Notes under the pieces: generated by a model
Databases searched by the model: none
What the model was told of the DNA's origin: nothing
What the model saw: the letters and a program-made list of their open reading frames with translations, nothing else
Made by a program: the position numbers and the translations under genes
DNA from: a virus
Lineage: Duplodnaviria; Caudoviricetes
DNA: 33,260 nucleotides
IMG/VR virus record: IMGVR_UViG_3300020388_000038
Span: 1-33,260 of that record
Reading direction: 5' to 3' (one strand)
In this document: positions 9,545 to 16,608 of the stretch, one piece after another
Numbering within the stretch: position 1 is the first letter of the stretch
How the letters are laid out: every line of letters begins with the position of its first letter

Positions 9545-9654
9545 AATAATGTGATACTAAACAATATATCATTAACTAATGATCCTGTTGCGGCAGGTGT
9601 TGTAGGAACATTTTGTTTAGAATTTGATTTAACAACTTAATAGAATAATTTTTA

Positions 9655-9662
9655 TATATTTG
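9655..9662 (+). promoter_or_regulatory. Bacteroidota-type -7 promoter element (TATATTTG)
   Basis: Exact TAnnTTTG match 26 nt before ATG 9689. Confidence 0.65.
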
Positions 9663-9688
9663 CAAACACAATCTTAATATAAAATAAA

Positions 9689-10081
9689 ATGGCAACAGTA
9701 ACAGCAAAATTAACATTAACAAGCTCAGATTTACTATCTCAGAATTTAAACATTTCTGTGTCTAAATCAGCGACAGCTTCTCACACTACAGGTTTAGCTC
9801 GTAAGAAAGTAGCTCAAACAGCAGTGAACGCTAACGCAGCATTACTATATACAGCAGATGACTACGCAGCTATAGCATATATCTACATTAAAAATACAGA
9901 TACTACAGCTACAAACTACGTATACGTTTATGATGACACCACTTCTGGTGATCCTGTCATATTAAAGCTAGCTGGTGGGGAGTTTGCATTTATGCCTACT
10001 AACGCAGATAAGACGTTAAAAGCTTACGGTACTAACGCAAACACTGTGGTAGAATCAATGGTATTTGGTACAGATCAATAA
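9689..10081 (+). CDS. Putative virion structural protein
   Basis: A/T-rich beta protein (YIYIKNTD...L.GGEFAFMP) with its own promoter element. Confidence 0.65.
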   Translation: MATVTAKLTLTSSDLLSQNLNISVSKSATASHTTGLARKKVAQTAVNANAALLYTADDYAAIAYIYIKNTDTTATNYVYVYDDTTSGDPVILKLAGGEFAFMPTNADKTLKAYGTNANTVVESMVFGTDQ

Positions 10082-10464
10082 GATCTAGACTTTAATCCCT
10101 TTTTGTATTCCTTATTAGCCTTTTTGCAACCCTCACATCGGCATCCTCTTCTGTATGCTGCTGCTGAGGGGCAAGGGTTTTTTGGGTAGTTACCCCTAGA
10201 CGCTCTATAGTTGCAACTCTTGTGAGAGAAGGCTATATTCTCAATATCAAAAAATAACCCCTTAGGATCTTCTGAATGAAGCCAAGGGGTTTTATGTTCT
10301 ACACTCATGTCATCTGAATGCTCTATCTCTGCTGCACACTGAAAACACCAGTGCATATCTAACTTCTTCGCAAGCTCAAACATTAAAGTCTTCTTAAGCC
10401 TGTTCGATGCAGTACCAGGGTCCATACCCAACTGCTCCTTCTTTACCTTCTTGCTGTTATTCAA
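10075..10464 (-). CDS. HNH endonuclease-like protein with Zn-binding cysteines
   Basis: CFQC...SVEHKTPW...NIAFSHKSCN HNH core plus C-terminal YRRGCRCEGC; TTG start uncertain. Confidence 0.75.
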   Translation of the reverse strand: MNNSKKVKKEQLGMDPGTASNRLKKTLMFELAKKLDMHWCFQCAAEIEHSDDMSVEHKTPWLHSEDPKGLFFDIENIAFSHKSCNYRASRGNYPKNPCPSAAAYRRGCRCEGCKKANKEYKKGLKSRSY

Positions 10465-10615
10465 GACTAAGCTCTGTTACGTTTAAATCTACAAGCTCTC
10501 CTTCAGACCCCTGTAGTATCACAACGTAATGCGAGTCCCCTACGTAATGACCTGTAGCTATAAAACCTTTCTCGTGACCATTTGAGTTGTCTGTACCGTA
10601 AATGTTATCGAACAT
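10457..10615 (-). CDS. Small hypothetical protein (52 aa)
   Basis: Start moved to ATG 10615 (MFDNIYG...) because a TACCTTGC promoter-like element lies at 10633-10640 inside the longer ORF. Confidence 0.5.
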   Translation of the reverse strand: MFDNIYGTDNSNGHEKGFIATGHYVGDSHYVVILQGSEGELVDLNVTELSLE

Positions 10616-11067
10616 ATATCTTGAATTTTTTTGCAAGGTAAAAATTTTTTTTGAGGTGTAAAAGGGGTGGGGGTTATATATATAATCTGCGTGCGTGTTT
10701 CCATTCCCGAAACCGAAATCTCCGAAGGGGGTACTCCAAACTAAAACCAATGCGTACATTTCAAATGTCGATTATCTATTTATGGTATGCACTACCTACT
10801 ATCTACTAGCTAGGTGCATTTAATTGTATGCAATACCTAACATTGTCCTCGCTCCATATAAAGACCTGTAACGATGCCTATTCATTGGGCTACTATAATG
10901 CCCCAAGTGTATGCAGATGTCCCATTAGGCTACACTATATGGGCGATAGAGAGAGATAGAGGTGGAATAACTCCCCTCAATTTCCCCCAATCCCCAACAC
11001 ATACAATCAACACTAAAAAAACTTTACACTCTCAATCCCTTGCTATCAGTACATTCTTTGATTTAAT

Positions 11068-11114
11068 TGTAAAAAAACTTTACATTTTATTTGGTAGTGT
11101 AAAAAAACTTTACA
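11068..11114. promoter_or_regulatory. Tandem palindromic operators TGTAAA-N5-TTTACA
   Basis: Identical 17-mer TGTAAAAAAACTTTACA at 11068-11084 and 11098-11114; degenerate copy at 11012-11028. Confidence 0.7.
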
Positions 11115-11121
11115 ATATTTG
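11090..11121 (+). promoter_or_regulatory. Early promoter (-33 TTTG, 20-nt spacer, -7 AATATTTG)
   Basis: TTTG 11090-11093 and a 7/8 match to TAnnTTTG at 11114-11121, with canonical Bacteroidota spacing. Confidence 0.7.
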
Positions 11122-11123
11122 CA

Positions 11124-11166
11124 GAGCAGTTGAGGTAATAATCACTGCTCGTTCTTTTACATACTG
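11124..11166 (+). promoter_or_regulatory. Hairpin plus boxA-like sequence (antitermination leader or attenuator)
   Basis: GAGCAGT/ACTGCTC stem 11124-11150 directly followed by GTTCTTTTACATACTG. Confidence 0.5.
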
Positions 11167-11770
11167 ATTTAGATATAGCACACATCATGGTTGTGGCAAC
11201 GTCCTTAGGGATTAGCAGTAAGTCCACGTTAACCTAGTGTAGCATCTGAGTACTGAAAGCATCTTTCTAGTTTGCGAGTAGGTATAGAAGTATAGAGTAC
11301 TCCTTTAGCTTAATTGAGGGAGGTAAGTCTTAGTAACGATACGTGGAAGTAGCATTGCCTACCTAAGTGTATTAGAGCAATAATTCAATTGGCGTTTGTA
11401 AGTATCGAACCAACTTAACGGAAACCACTGCCGACAACCAAGTGGGCTTGGATAGACCAATAGGCTATCATCAAGTTAGGTAAAGCACCATAGGGGATGT
11501 AAAAAGTCCATACCGATTAATATGGGAAGTCTATCAGAGGGGATGCCTAATGATAGGTGGTAAGCAATTGAAGTACCACCTTGATAAGGCGTGAAACTAA
11601 GTGGCAGTTAGTTTGAAGCAAGATAGACACCACGCCTTTGTATGTTAAGGCGTGATTAATGACAACATACAATTTTTGATTCGATGGGGGTGCATTTATG
11701 TACCCTCCTTTAAAGCTACCAAAGGCAGTTACAAGTCTGCATAAAAGCTGAGTAGAGGAAACATTAATCA
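11165..11770 (+). ncRNA. Candidate large structured non-coding RNA (about 600 nt), family unassigned
   Basis: No + strand ORF of 60 aa or more; downstream of a promoter; more than 12 local and long-range complementary segments (see findings). Boundaries approximate. Confidence 0.65.
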
Positions 11771-11781
11771 ATATAAAAACT

Positions 11782-12048
11782 ATGAAAAATCTAACATCAA
11801 GTACAACAAAATCATCGCTAACTACTTATGTATCAAAATCGTTCAACACCTTTACTCCTAAAGGTAACGAGATTAAAGTATCAGTAGTAAGGAGAATTAT
11901 TAATGCAGGCTTAAGTCCTTTTATATCTAAATATGAATACTTTATAGATACACCAAGTGAAAGTCTTAAGGCTTGGGATAAAGATTCATTCCTTTACTAT
12001 GTAAACGAGTATATAGATAAATATTACACTAATAAAATGGGAGCATAA
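11782..12048 (+). CDS. Early hypothetical protein
   Basis: A-rich leader ATAAAAACTATG. Confidence 0.7.
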   Translation: MKNLTSSTTKSSLTTYVSKSFNTFTPKGNEIKVSVVRRIINAGLSPFISKYEYFIDTPSESLKAWDKDSFLYYVNEYIDKYYTNKMGA

Positions 12049-12055
12049 TGCTCCC
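12039..12055 (+). terminator. Hairpin over the stop codon; weak terminator or processing site
   Basis: GGGAGCAT-A-ATGCTCCC perfect inverted repeat with a poor U-tract. Confidence 0.4.
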
Positions 12056-12077
12056 TTAACCTAAACAACTAGAAATT

Positions 12078-12230
12078 ATGAATTTTACACAAACAATTAA
12101 ATCATTAAGCTCAAAGGAATTAAAGCAACTTTATAAGGAGCTTAAAAAAGAAAAATACTCTATTAATTTATTACATAGATTACAATGGATAAATGAGGAG
12201 CTTATAAATAGAGGAGATTTATACATTTAA
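12078..12230 (+). CDS. Early hypothetical protein (50 aa)
   Basis: Below cutoff; MNFTQTIKSLSSKELKQLYKEL...RGDLYI, bounded by two start repeats. Confidence 0.7.
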   Translation: MNFTQTIKSLSSKELKQLYKELKKEKYSINLLHRLQWINEELINRGDLYI

Positions 12231-12247
12231 CTAAACAACTAGAAATT

Positions 12248-12520
12248 ATGAACACAACAATCATAACCGAAGAAATAACAATAGAACACCTTAATAGTTA
12301 CGCAGAGCAAACACTATATCGTATGTCTTTACTTGCAGACTACTCCCTTACACATAAAAAGAATGGTAAGGTAAACGAGTACCTAATAACTGCCGAAGTT
12401 AGAGGTCTACAAGGTGGTAGTATATGGCTTGAAGTAGTAAGTGTAGAGTACGATAAGAGTAACGAAGAAACACTTATAGATGAAGCAGTAATAAACTTAT
12501 TTGAATCAAACATAAGATAA
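12248..12520 (+). CDS. Early hypothetical protein
   Basis: Begins at a start repeat. Confidence 0.75.
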   Translation: MNTTIITEEITIEHLNSYAEQTLYRMSLLADYSLTHKKNGKVNEYLITAEVRGLQGGSIWLEVVSVEYDKSNEETLIDEAVINLFESNIR

Positions 12521-12538
12521 CCTAAACAACTAGAAACT

Positions 12539-12721
12539 ATGGAAATAGAATTTACAGAATCAGAAATTGAAGCGTTACATAGTGCGATAGGTAATATACC
12601 ACCAATGAATTCATTTAAAGGTCAAGTACCTATAAATTCACATACGCTTTCAGCTTGGCAAAAATTATGCGAAGCAAGAAGTGATATATTTAGACAAAGA
12701 TTTAAAGAAGAAAATAAATAA
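12539..12721 (+). CDS. Early hypothetical protein
   Basis: Begins at a start repeat. Confidence 0.7.
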   Translation: MEIEFTESEIEALHSAIGNIPPMNSFKGQVPINSHTLSAWQKLCEARSDIFRQRFKEENK

Positions 12722-12850
12722 GCACCCACACAACCAAGAAAGTCTTGGGGGTGAATAGAGATGGACAATAGGTATGCTGAAATCTGATAGCATACGCAAG
12801 AGATGTTTAGAACTTTTGAAAGTAAGCAGACCTATTGTTCCCACTCTTTA
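12722..12850 (+). ncRNA. Candidate intergenic structured RNA (hairpin plus three-way junction)
   Basis: CCAAGA/TCTTGG inside CACCC/GGGTG; ACAATAGGT/ACCTATTGT stem enclosing ATGCT/AGCAT and TGTTTA/TAAGCA arms. Confidence 0.5.
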
Positions 12851-12874
12851 CATTAAACTAAACAACTAGAAACT

Positions 12875-13096
12875 ATGAGCAGTTACACAACAATAGGCTA
12901 CCTACAATCTAAGATGATACGTATGCCTTTAAACCTAAACACTAATTGGAACGAGGATATTAATTCACTATCCTCAACACAAGAGATTATCGACTACATA
13001 GACAAGAATGGTACAACAGATGAGCATTGGAGATTACTCCATGCTATCAAAGTTATGGAGGGAATGAATAAAACAACTAACCTATTAAAAGACTAA
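12875..13096 (+). CDS. Early hypothetical protein
   Basis: Begins at a start repeat. Confidence 0.7.
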   Translation: MSSYTTIGYLQSKMIRMPLNLNTNWNEDINSLSSTQEIIDYIDKNGTTDEHWRLLHAIKVMEGMNKTTNLLKD

Positions 13097-13100
13097 GACT

Positions 13101-13469
13101 ATGGACTATCAAAAAGAATTACACAATTCACTTGTCAAATTGTATGAAGATAAGGCAAGAGAATGCGACAGACTTGAAGGAGAATTAAGGAGAGAGAAAA
13201 ACATATCAAGACAACTTGAAGAATTGGTTGAATTGTATTCTTCACTTGCAAACTATGGGGCTATATATGTAAACACCTACTCACAAGATTGTGATGGTAT
13301 TGAGTATTATGGGAGTTATAAATTCAACTCTATTGAGGAACACAACCAAGCAGAAAATTCTTTTGCTGATTCTGTGGAAGGCTCTTGTTCATGGAAAATC
13401 GTTACACCAGAAGATGCAAGACCACAAGAAGAATGTGGTTCTTTTGGACAAGGATGGGGTATAAACTAA
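13101..13469 (+). CDS. Early hypothetical protein with N-terminal coiled coil
   Basis: ORF with GACTAAGACTATG leader. Confidence 0.7.
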   Translation: MDYQKELHNSLVKLYEDKARECDRLEGELRREKNISRQLEELVELYSSLANYGAIYVNTYSQDCDGIEYYGSYKFNSIEEHNQAENSFADSVEGSCSWKIVTPEDARPQEECGSFGQGWGIN

Positions 13470-13482
13470 AACAACTAAGACT

Positions 13483-13779
13483 ATGGAAACAAAAGATAGA
13501 ATACTATTCGCAAGACAATGCGATATTACGGGAGAAGGTATGAACGAAGGTTACTGCATACAAGATGGTCTAATGTACATCAAGTATGAGAAGGATATGA
13601 TTAAGCATCTTAGAGAGGTAGAGAAAGAGGATAATCCTGCATACGATGAAGGACTATCAGATGAATTTCTTCTGAATGACTATTACAATGCAGACTACTA
13701 CTATTGGACAGAGTGGGAATGTGAGTCTGACCTACAATACGAAGAAGTAAATGGAAAACTAATTAACCTAGAAGATTAA
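13483..13779 (+). CDS. Early acidic hypothetical protein
   Basis: ARQCDITGEGMNEGY...YYWTEW; start-repeat variant upstream. Confidence 0.75.
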   Translation: METKDRILFARQCDITGEGMNEGYCIQDGLMYIKYEKDMIKHLREVEKEDNPAYDEGLSDEFLLNDYYNADYYYWTEWECESDLQYEEVNGKLINLED

Positions 13780-13783
13780 CATT

Positions 13784-14098
13784 ATGAAAACACTAGAAAA
13801 GAATTTTAAGAAAGTACGCTACGTAGGATGGGAAAGGTCAACATCTCCTATCGTAGAACGTGAGAAGAAAACAATGCAGTATAGCGTTGGATGGGATAAA
13901 GACAACCAAAGTGGATGGTTTGAAATATACGATGAAGAAAGTGGTGGAGAAGACTACTACGCTGAAGGTGGACTTGAGTTTACGGACAAAGTATTAGATG
14001 GATACGATGGAGTATTCTCCCTAGATGAAGAGGTAATCAATTGCCTTGAAGATTGGGGTGCAGATGTTAAACAAATGAAAGAAGACTTAGAACTATGA
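13784..14098 (+). CDS. Early acidic hypothetical protein
   Basis: GWFEIYD...YAEGGLEF...YDGVFSL. Confidence 0.75.
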   Translation: MKTLEKNFKKVRYVGWERSTSPIVEREKKTMQYSVGWDKDNQSGWFEIYDEESGGEDYYAEGGLEFTDKVLDGYDGVFSLDEEVINCLEDWGADVKQMKEDLEL

Positions 14099-14253
14099 GA
14101 CAACAATGGCTAACCAACCATACGGAAATACTACTACCTCATGATGAGGTGGTAGAAATTCCACTATCATCAATCAGATCAGAATTACTAATTGAATTTG
14201 CTGGGTACAACACTCTACTAGAGTACTACTTACATTATGTTTCCAATAATTAA
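14095..14253 (+). CDS. Early hypothetical protein (52 aa)
   Basis: Below cutoff; ATGA overlap with the previous gene; MRQQWLTNHTEILLPH... Confidence 0.55.
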   Translation: MRQQWLTNHTEILLPHDEVVEIPLSSIRSELLIEFAGYNTLLEYYLHYVSNN

Positions 14254-14270
14254 CCTAACCCTTATAAACT

Positions 14271-14411
14271 ATGGAGAAAACATACACCCTATACTACAAC
14301 AACAAAAGCCTATTTAAAGGCTCTTATATGGATTGCTCTAAACACCTATTAGACATACAACCTAATAGTGTACACTATTGTTTAACCTATGATGAATACG
14401 AAATTAAATAA
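14271..14411 (+). CDS. Early hypothetical protein (46 aa)
   Basis: Below cutoff; AAACTATG leader; MEKTYTLYYNNKSLFKGS... Confidence 0.6.
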   Translation: MEKTYTLYYNNKSLFKGSYMDCSKHLLDIQPNSVHYCLTYDEYEIK

Positions 14412-14413
14412 CT

Positions 14414-14662
14414 ATGAAAGCAAAACAAATGCACAAATACCTTATGGATAACTATGGTAAGGTAGTACACGACATGGACAATATGGAATACGCTTGTAAG
14501 CAAGTAGCTAAAGGGCGTGATATAACACCAAAAGATATATTCTTCTTTATGATTGAGGATAAACCAATAGAGAGTATGTACACACATAGCTATGGCTTCA
14601 ACACAAGAGAAGGTAGAGCGTTGAAGGAACAATTTGAATATTTCTACTACGAGGGAAATTAG
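14414..14662 (+). CDS. Early hypothetical protein
   Basis: Packed ORF with AACTATG leader. Confidence 0.7.
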   Translation: MKAKQMHKYLMDNYGKVVHDMDNMEYACKQVAKGRDITPKDIFFFMIEDKPIESMYTHSYGFNTREGRALKEQFEYFYYEGN

Positions 14663-14919
14663 ATATGAACTTACAGAACATAATATGGGTTTGATACATC
14701 AAGGTAACGTGAGTAGCCCCCTTTATAAATTCAGACATTCCTCCTTGCTAGGATACCTCAACAGTCGGACATTGCTGAATTTAGAGTGAGAGAGATTTCT
14801 TAAAAATGAAAAGGGTAAAGAATGTCCCATTGTTACATTAGGGTACGAAGTTACAATAAATATTTTATAAAGTCAAGGAATTAAAAAACATTAACAATTA
14901 TTAACCTAATTTATTTATT

Positions 14920-15234
14920 ATGAAAGTTTACATTTTAACTATGAAAGGAAGTGCATTTATGAAAACCTTCAAGTCTTTTGATGATGTATTAAAGGAGATA
15001 GAGGTTATAAATAAAGATACTTACGATGGAAGTCATTGGTCTATTTTCGGTAGAGGTTATGAACAAGTTTTGGGGGATGGAGATGAAATTGAATATAAAG
15101 ATGCTGAAACCTATAATATTGATAGTGCAGTCCTTCAAGAAGTAGTAAATCACAAGTATGAATATACTACATTCTTCATAAGATGTATAGATGGAAATAC
15201 TGGAGAGATAATAGATTTAGATACGGAGAATTAA
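14920..15234 (+). CDS. Early hypothetical protein
   Basis: ORF after an AT-rich leader. Confidence 0.7.
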   Translation: MKVYILTMKGSAFMKTFKSFDDVLKEIEVINKDTYDGSHWSIFGRGYEQVLGDGDEIEYKDAETYNIDSAVLQEVVNHKYEYTTFFIRCIDGNTGEIIDLDTEN

Positions 15235-15243
15235 ATTAGGATA

Positions 15244-15267
15244 TGTAAAATAAGTTTACTATGTTTG
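15244..15267 (+). promoter_or_regulatory. Operator (TGTAAA-ATAAG-TTTACT) overlapping -7 element TATGTTTG
   Basis: Same geometry as 11098-11121. Confidence 0.7.
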
Positions 15268-15295
15268 CAATCTAATTAAACCAAACCAATATGCT

Positions 15296-15505
15296 ATGAC
15301 AACCACACAAACACTTATCGAGGGGGCTAACTACGAGGTAGTATCTCATGCCCACATATCAGCAGATGACTTTGAATTAGAGAGTATCATGTACCATTGT
15401 AAAGATACAATGACTGCAATAGATATTACAGATTTCCTCTATGACTTTTTAGATACAGGGGCAATCAATGAACTTGAACAAAATATAATTAACCAAAACG
15501 ACTAA
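15296..15505 (+). CDS. Acidic hypothetical protein
   Basis: First gene after the promoter element at 15260. Confidence 0.7.
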   Translation: MTTTQTLIEGANYEVVSHAHISADDFELESIMYHCKDTMTAIDITDFLYDFLDTGAINELEQNIINQND

Positions 15506-15509
15506 CATT

Positions 15510-15833
15510 ATGGAACAGAGTAATAAACTTATAGCAGAATTTATGGGGCATAAAGTAAATTTTGGATTTAAAAAAGATGGGGTCTTATTTTTAGGGCATC
15601 ATATAGGTTTAGATAAATTAAAATACGACTCATCTTGGGATTGGCTTATGTCAGTGGTAGATAAGATAGAGAGTTTAGGGTATGAAGTACAGATCAGAAA
15701 TACTGACTGTATTATATTCCAACTATTAGATAATTTTAAATATAAACCAATAGTGGATATATCAAGTGAAAACGGTAAAATGAATAGCACTTACAAAGCA
15801 GTAGTAGAATTTATTAAAAACCAAAACGACTAA
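15510..15833 (+). CDS. Phage protein, ABA-sandwich-like family, paralogue 1
   Basis: NKLIAEFMG...LKYDSSWDWLMSVVDKI...YKAVVEFIK. Confidence 0.65.
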   Translation: MEQSNKLIAEFMGHKVNFGFKKDGVLFLGHHIGLDKLKYDSSWDWLMSVVDKIESLGYEVQIRNTDCIIFQLLDNFKYKPIVDISSENGKMNSTYKAVVEFIKNQND

Positions 15834-15837
15834 CACT

Positions 15838-16059
15838 ATGAAAGAATTTAACTTAAACAGGCTTATGATGTCTTGTTGTGTAGATATAGACAACGAGTAT
15901 TACAATGAACTCTTTGACTATTTAATTATGATAGATGTAGACTTAAACGAATTAAACATAGATAACCTTGTGGTTAATGGTATTCAGTTTCTCGACAAAG
16001 AAGATGCCGAAGATTATTACATATTAAAAGAAACCGAAGATGGATGCTGGTGCATCTAA
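15838..16059 (+). CDS. Acidic hypothetical protein
   Basis: Bounded by junction repeats. Confidence 0.7.
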   Translation: MKEFNLNRLMMSCCVDIDNEYYNELFDYLIMIDVDLNELNIDNLVVNGIQFLDKEDAEDYYILKETEDGCWCI

Positions 16060-16083
16060 TTAAAAACCAAAACAACTAACACT

Positions 16084-16257
16084 ATGAGTAGCTTAAAAGA
16101 ATTATTCGTACAGATGGGGCAAGACTACCTTGAATTTTGCAATAGTATACCTAAGATCGAACACGATAGAAGATTAGAGGATGAACACCACCAATTCACT
16201 ATCCTCAAAACCAAAGATGTTAAACCTAAAAACCAAGAAGATGTGCTTAAGAGGTGA
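16084..16257 (+). CDS. Hypothetical protein (57 aa)
   Basis: Below cutoff; starts at a junction repeat; MSSLKELFVQMGQDYLEFCNSIP... Confidence 0.6.
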   Translation: MSSLKELFVQMGQDYLEFCNSIPKIEHDRRLEDEHHQFTILKTKDVKPKNQEDVLKR

Positions 16258-16294
16258 AGATGCAAAGAAAATCAATAAGCAAAACGATATTGAT

Positions 16295-16603
16295 ATGAAA
16301 AATAAAATTATAGCAGAATTTATGGGAGTTAAAACCATTGCAATGGATGAGTTATATTCTATACTTAGACAAAACAGAGAAAATGGTTTTATACATACAC
16401 CACAAGCCTACACTATAGATGAACTTAAATACCATTCCTCTTGGGATTGGCTGATGCCAGTAGTCCAAAAGATAGGGGATGAATATCTTAACACACCATT
16501 TGATGAAACATACTCACACCTTACAGAGCAGTATGAAAACATATGGACTAGAGAAGATACATATAAGGCAGTAGTAGAATTTATTAAAGACCAAAACAAC
16601 TAG
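16295..16603 (+). CDS. Phage protein, ABA-sandwich-like family, paralogue 2
   Basis: Start moved to 16295 by alignment with paralogue 1: NKIIAEFMG...LKYHSSWDWLMPVVQKI...YKAVVEFIK. Confidence 0.65.
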   Translation: MKNKIIAEFMGVKTIAMDELYSILRQNRENGFIHTPQAYTIDELKYHSSWDWLMPVVQKIGDEYLNTPFDETYSHLTEQYENIWTREDTYKAVVEFIKDQNN

Positions 16604-16608
16604 AAATT

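Larger units (their letters stand above)
12061..12872 (+). repeat. Dispersed gene-start repeat CTAAACAACTAGAAA (4 exact copies)
   Basis: 12061-12075, 12231-12245, 12522-12536, 12858-12872, each followed by (T/C)TATG. Confidence 0.9.

Noticed and set aside
10874-11167. 97-aa ORF on +
   Set aside because: Runs through the operators, promoter and leader hairpin; likely spurious.
11300-11345. TAGCTTAATTG resembling a tRNA D-arm
   Set aside because: No T-loop or cloverleaf follows; I found no tRNA in the window.
11485-11510. CACCA followed by GGGGATGT, suggesting permuted tmRNA ends
   Set aside because: No T-arm (GTTCRA) before CACCA and no acceptor-stem complementarity.
11547-11771. 74-aa ORF on -
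   Set aside because: Antisense to the early transcript, no recognisable motif, overlaps the densely paired RNA candidate.
12058-12877. Regular repeats as a CRISPR array
   Set aside because: Repeats are short and non-palindromic, spacers are 150-320 bp complete ORFs, no cas genes.
10270-14176. Apparent absence of GATC around the early region
   Set aside because: GATC looks sparse genome-wide by eye, with another long gap in the tail gene; needs a proper count before claiming local avoidance.
14663-14919. Gap with short ORF fragments in several frames, possible pseudogene
   Set aside because: No recognisable homology or convincing structure; cannot be supported from sequence alone.
15510-16603. 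Paralogous repeats as a DGR template/variable pair
   Set aside because: No reverse transcriptase in the window; differences are block replacements, not adenine-specific substitutions.
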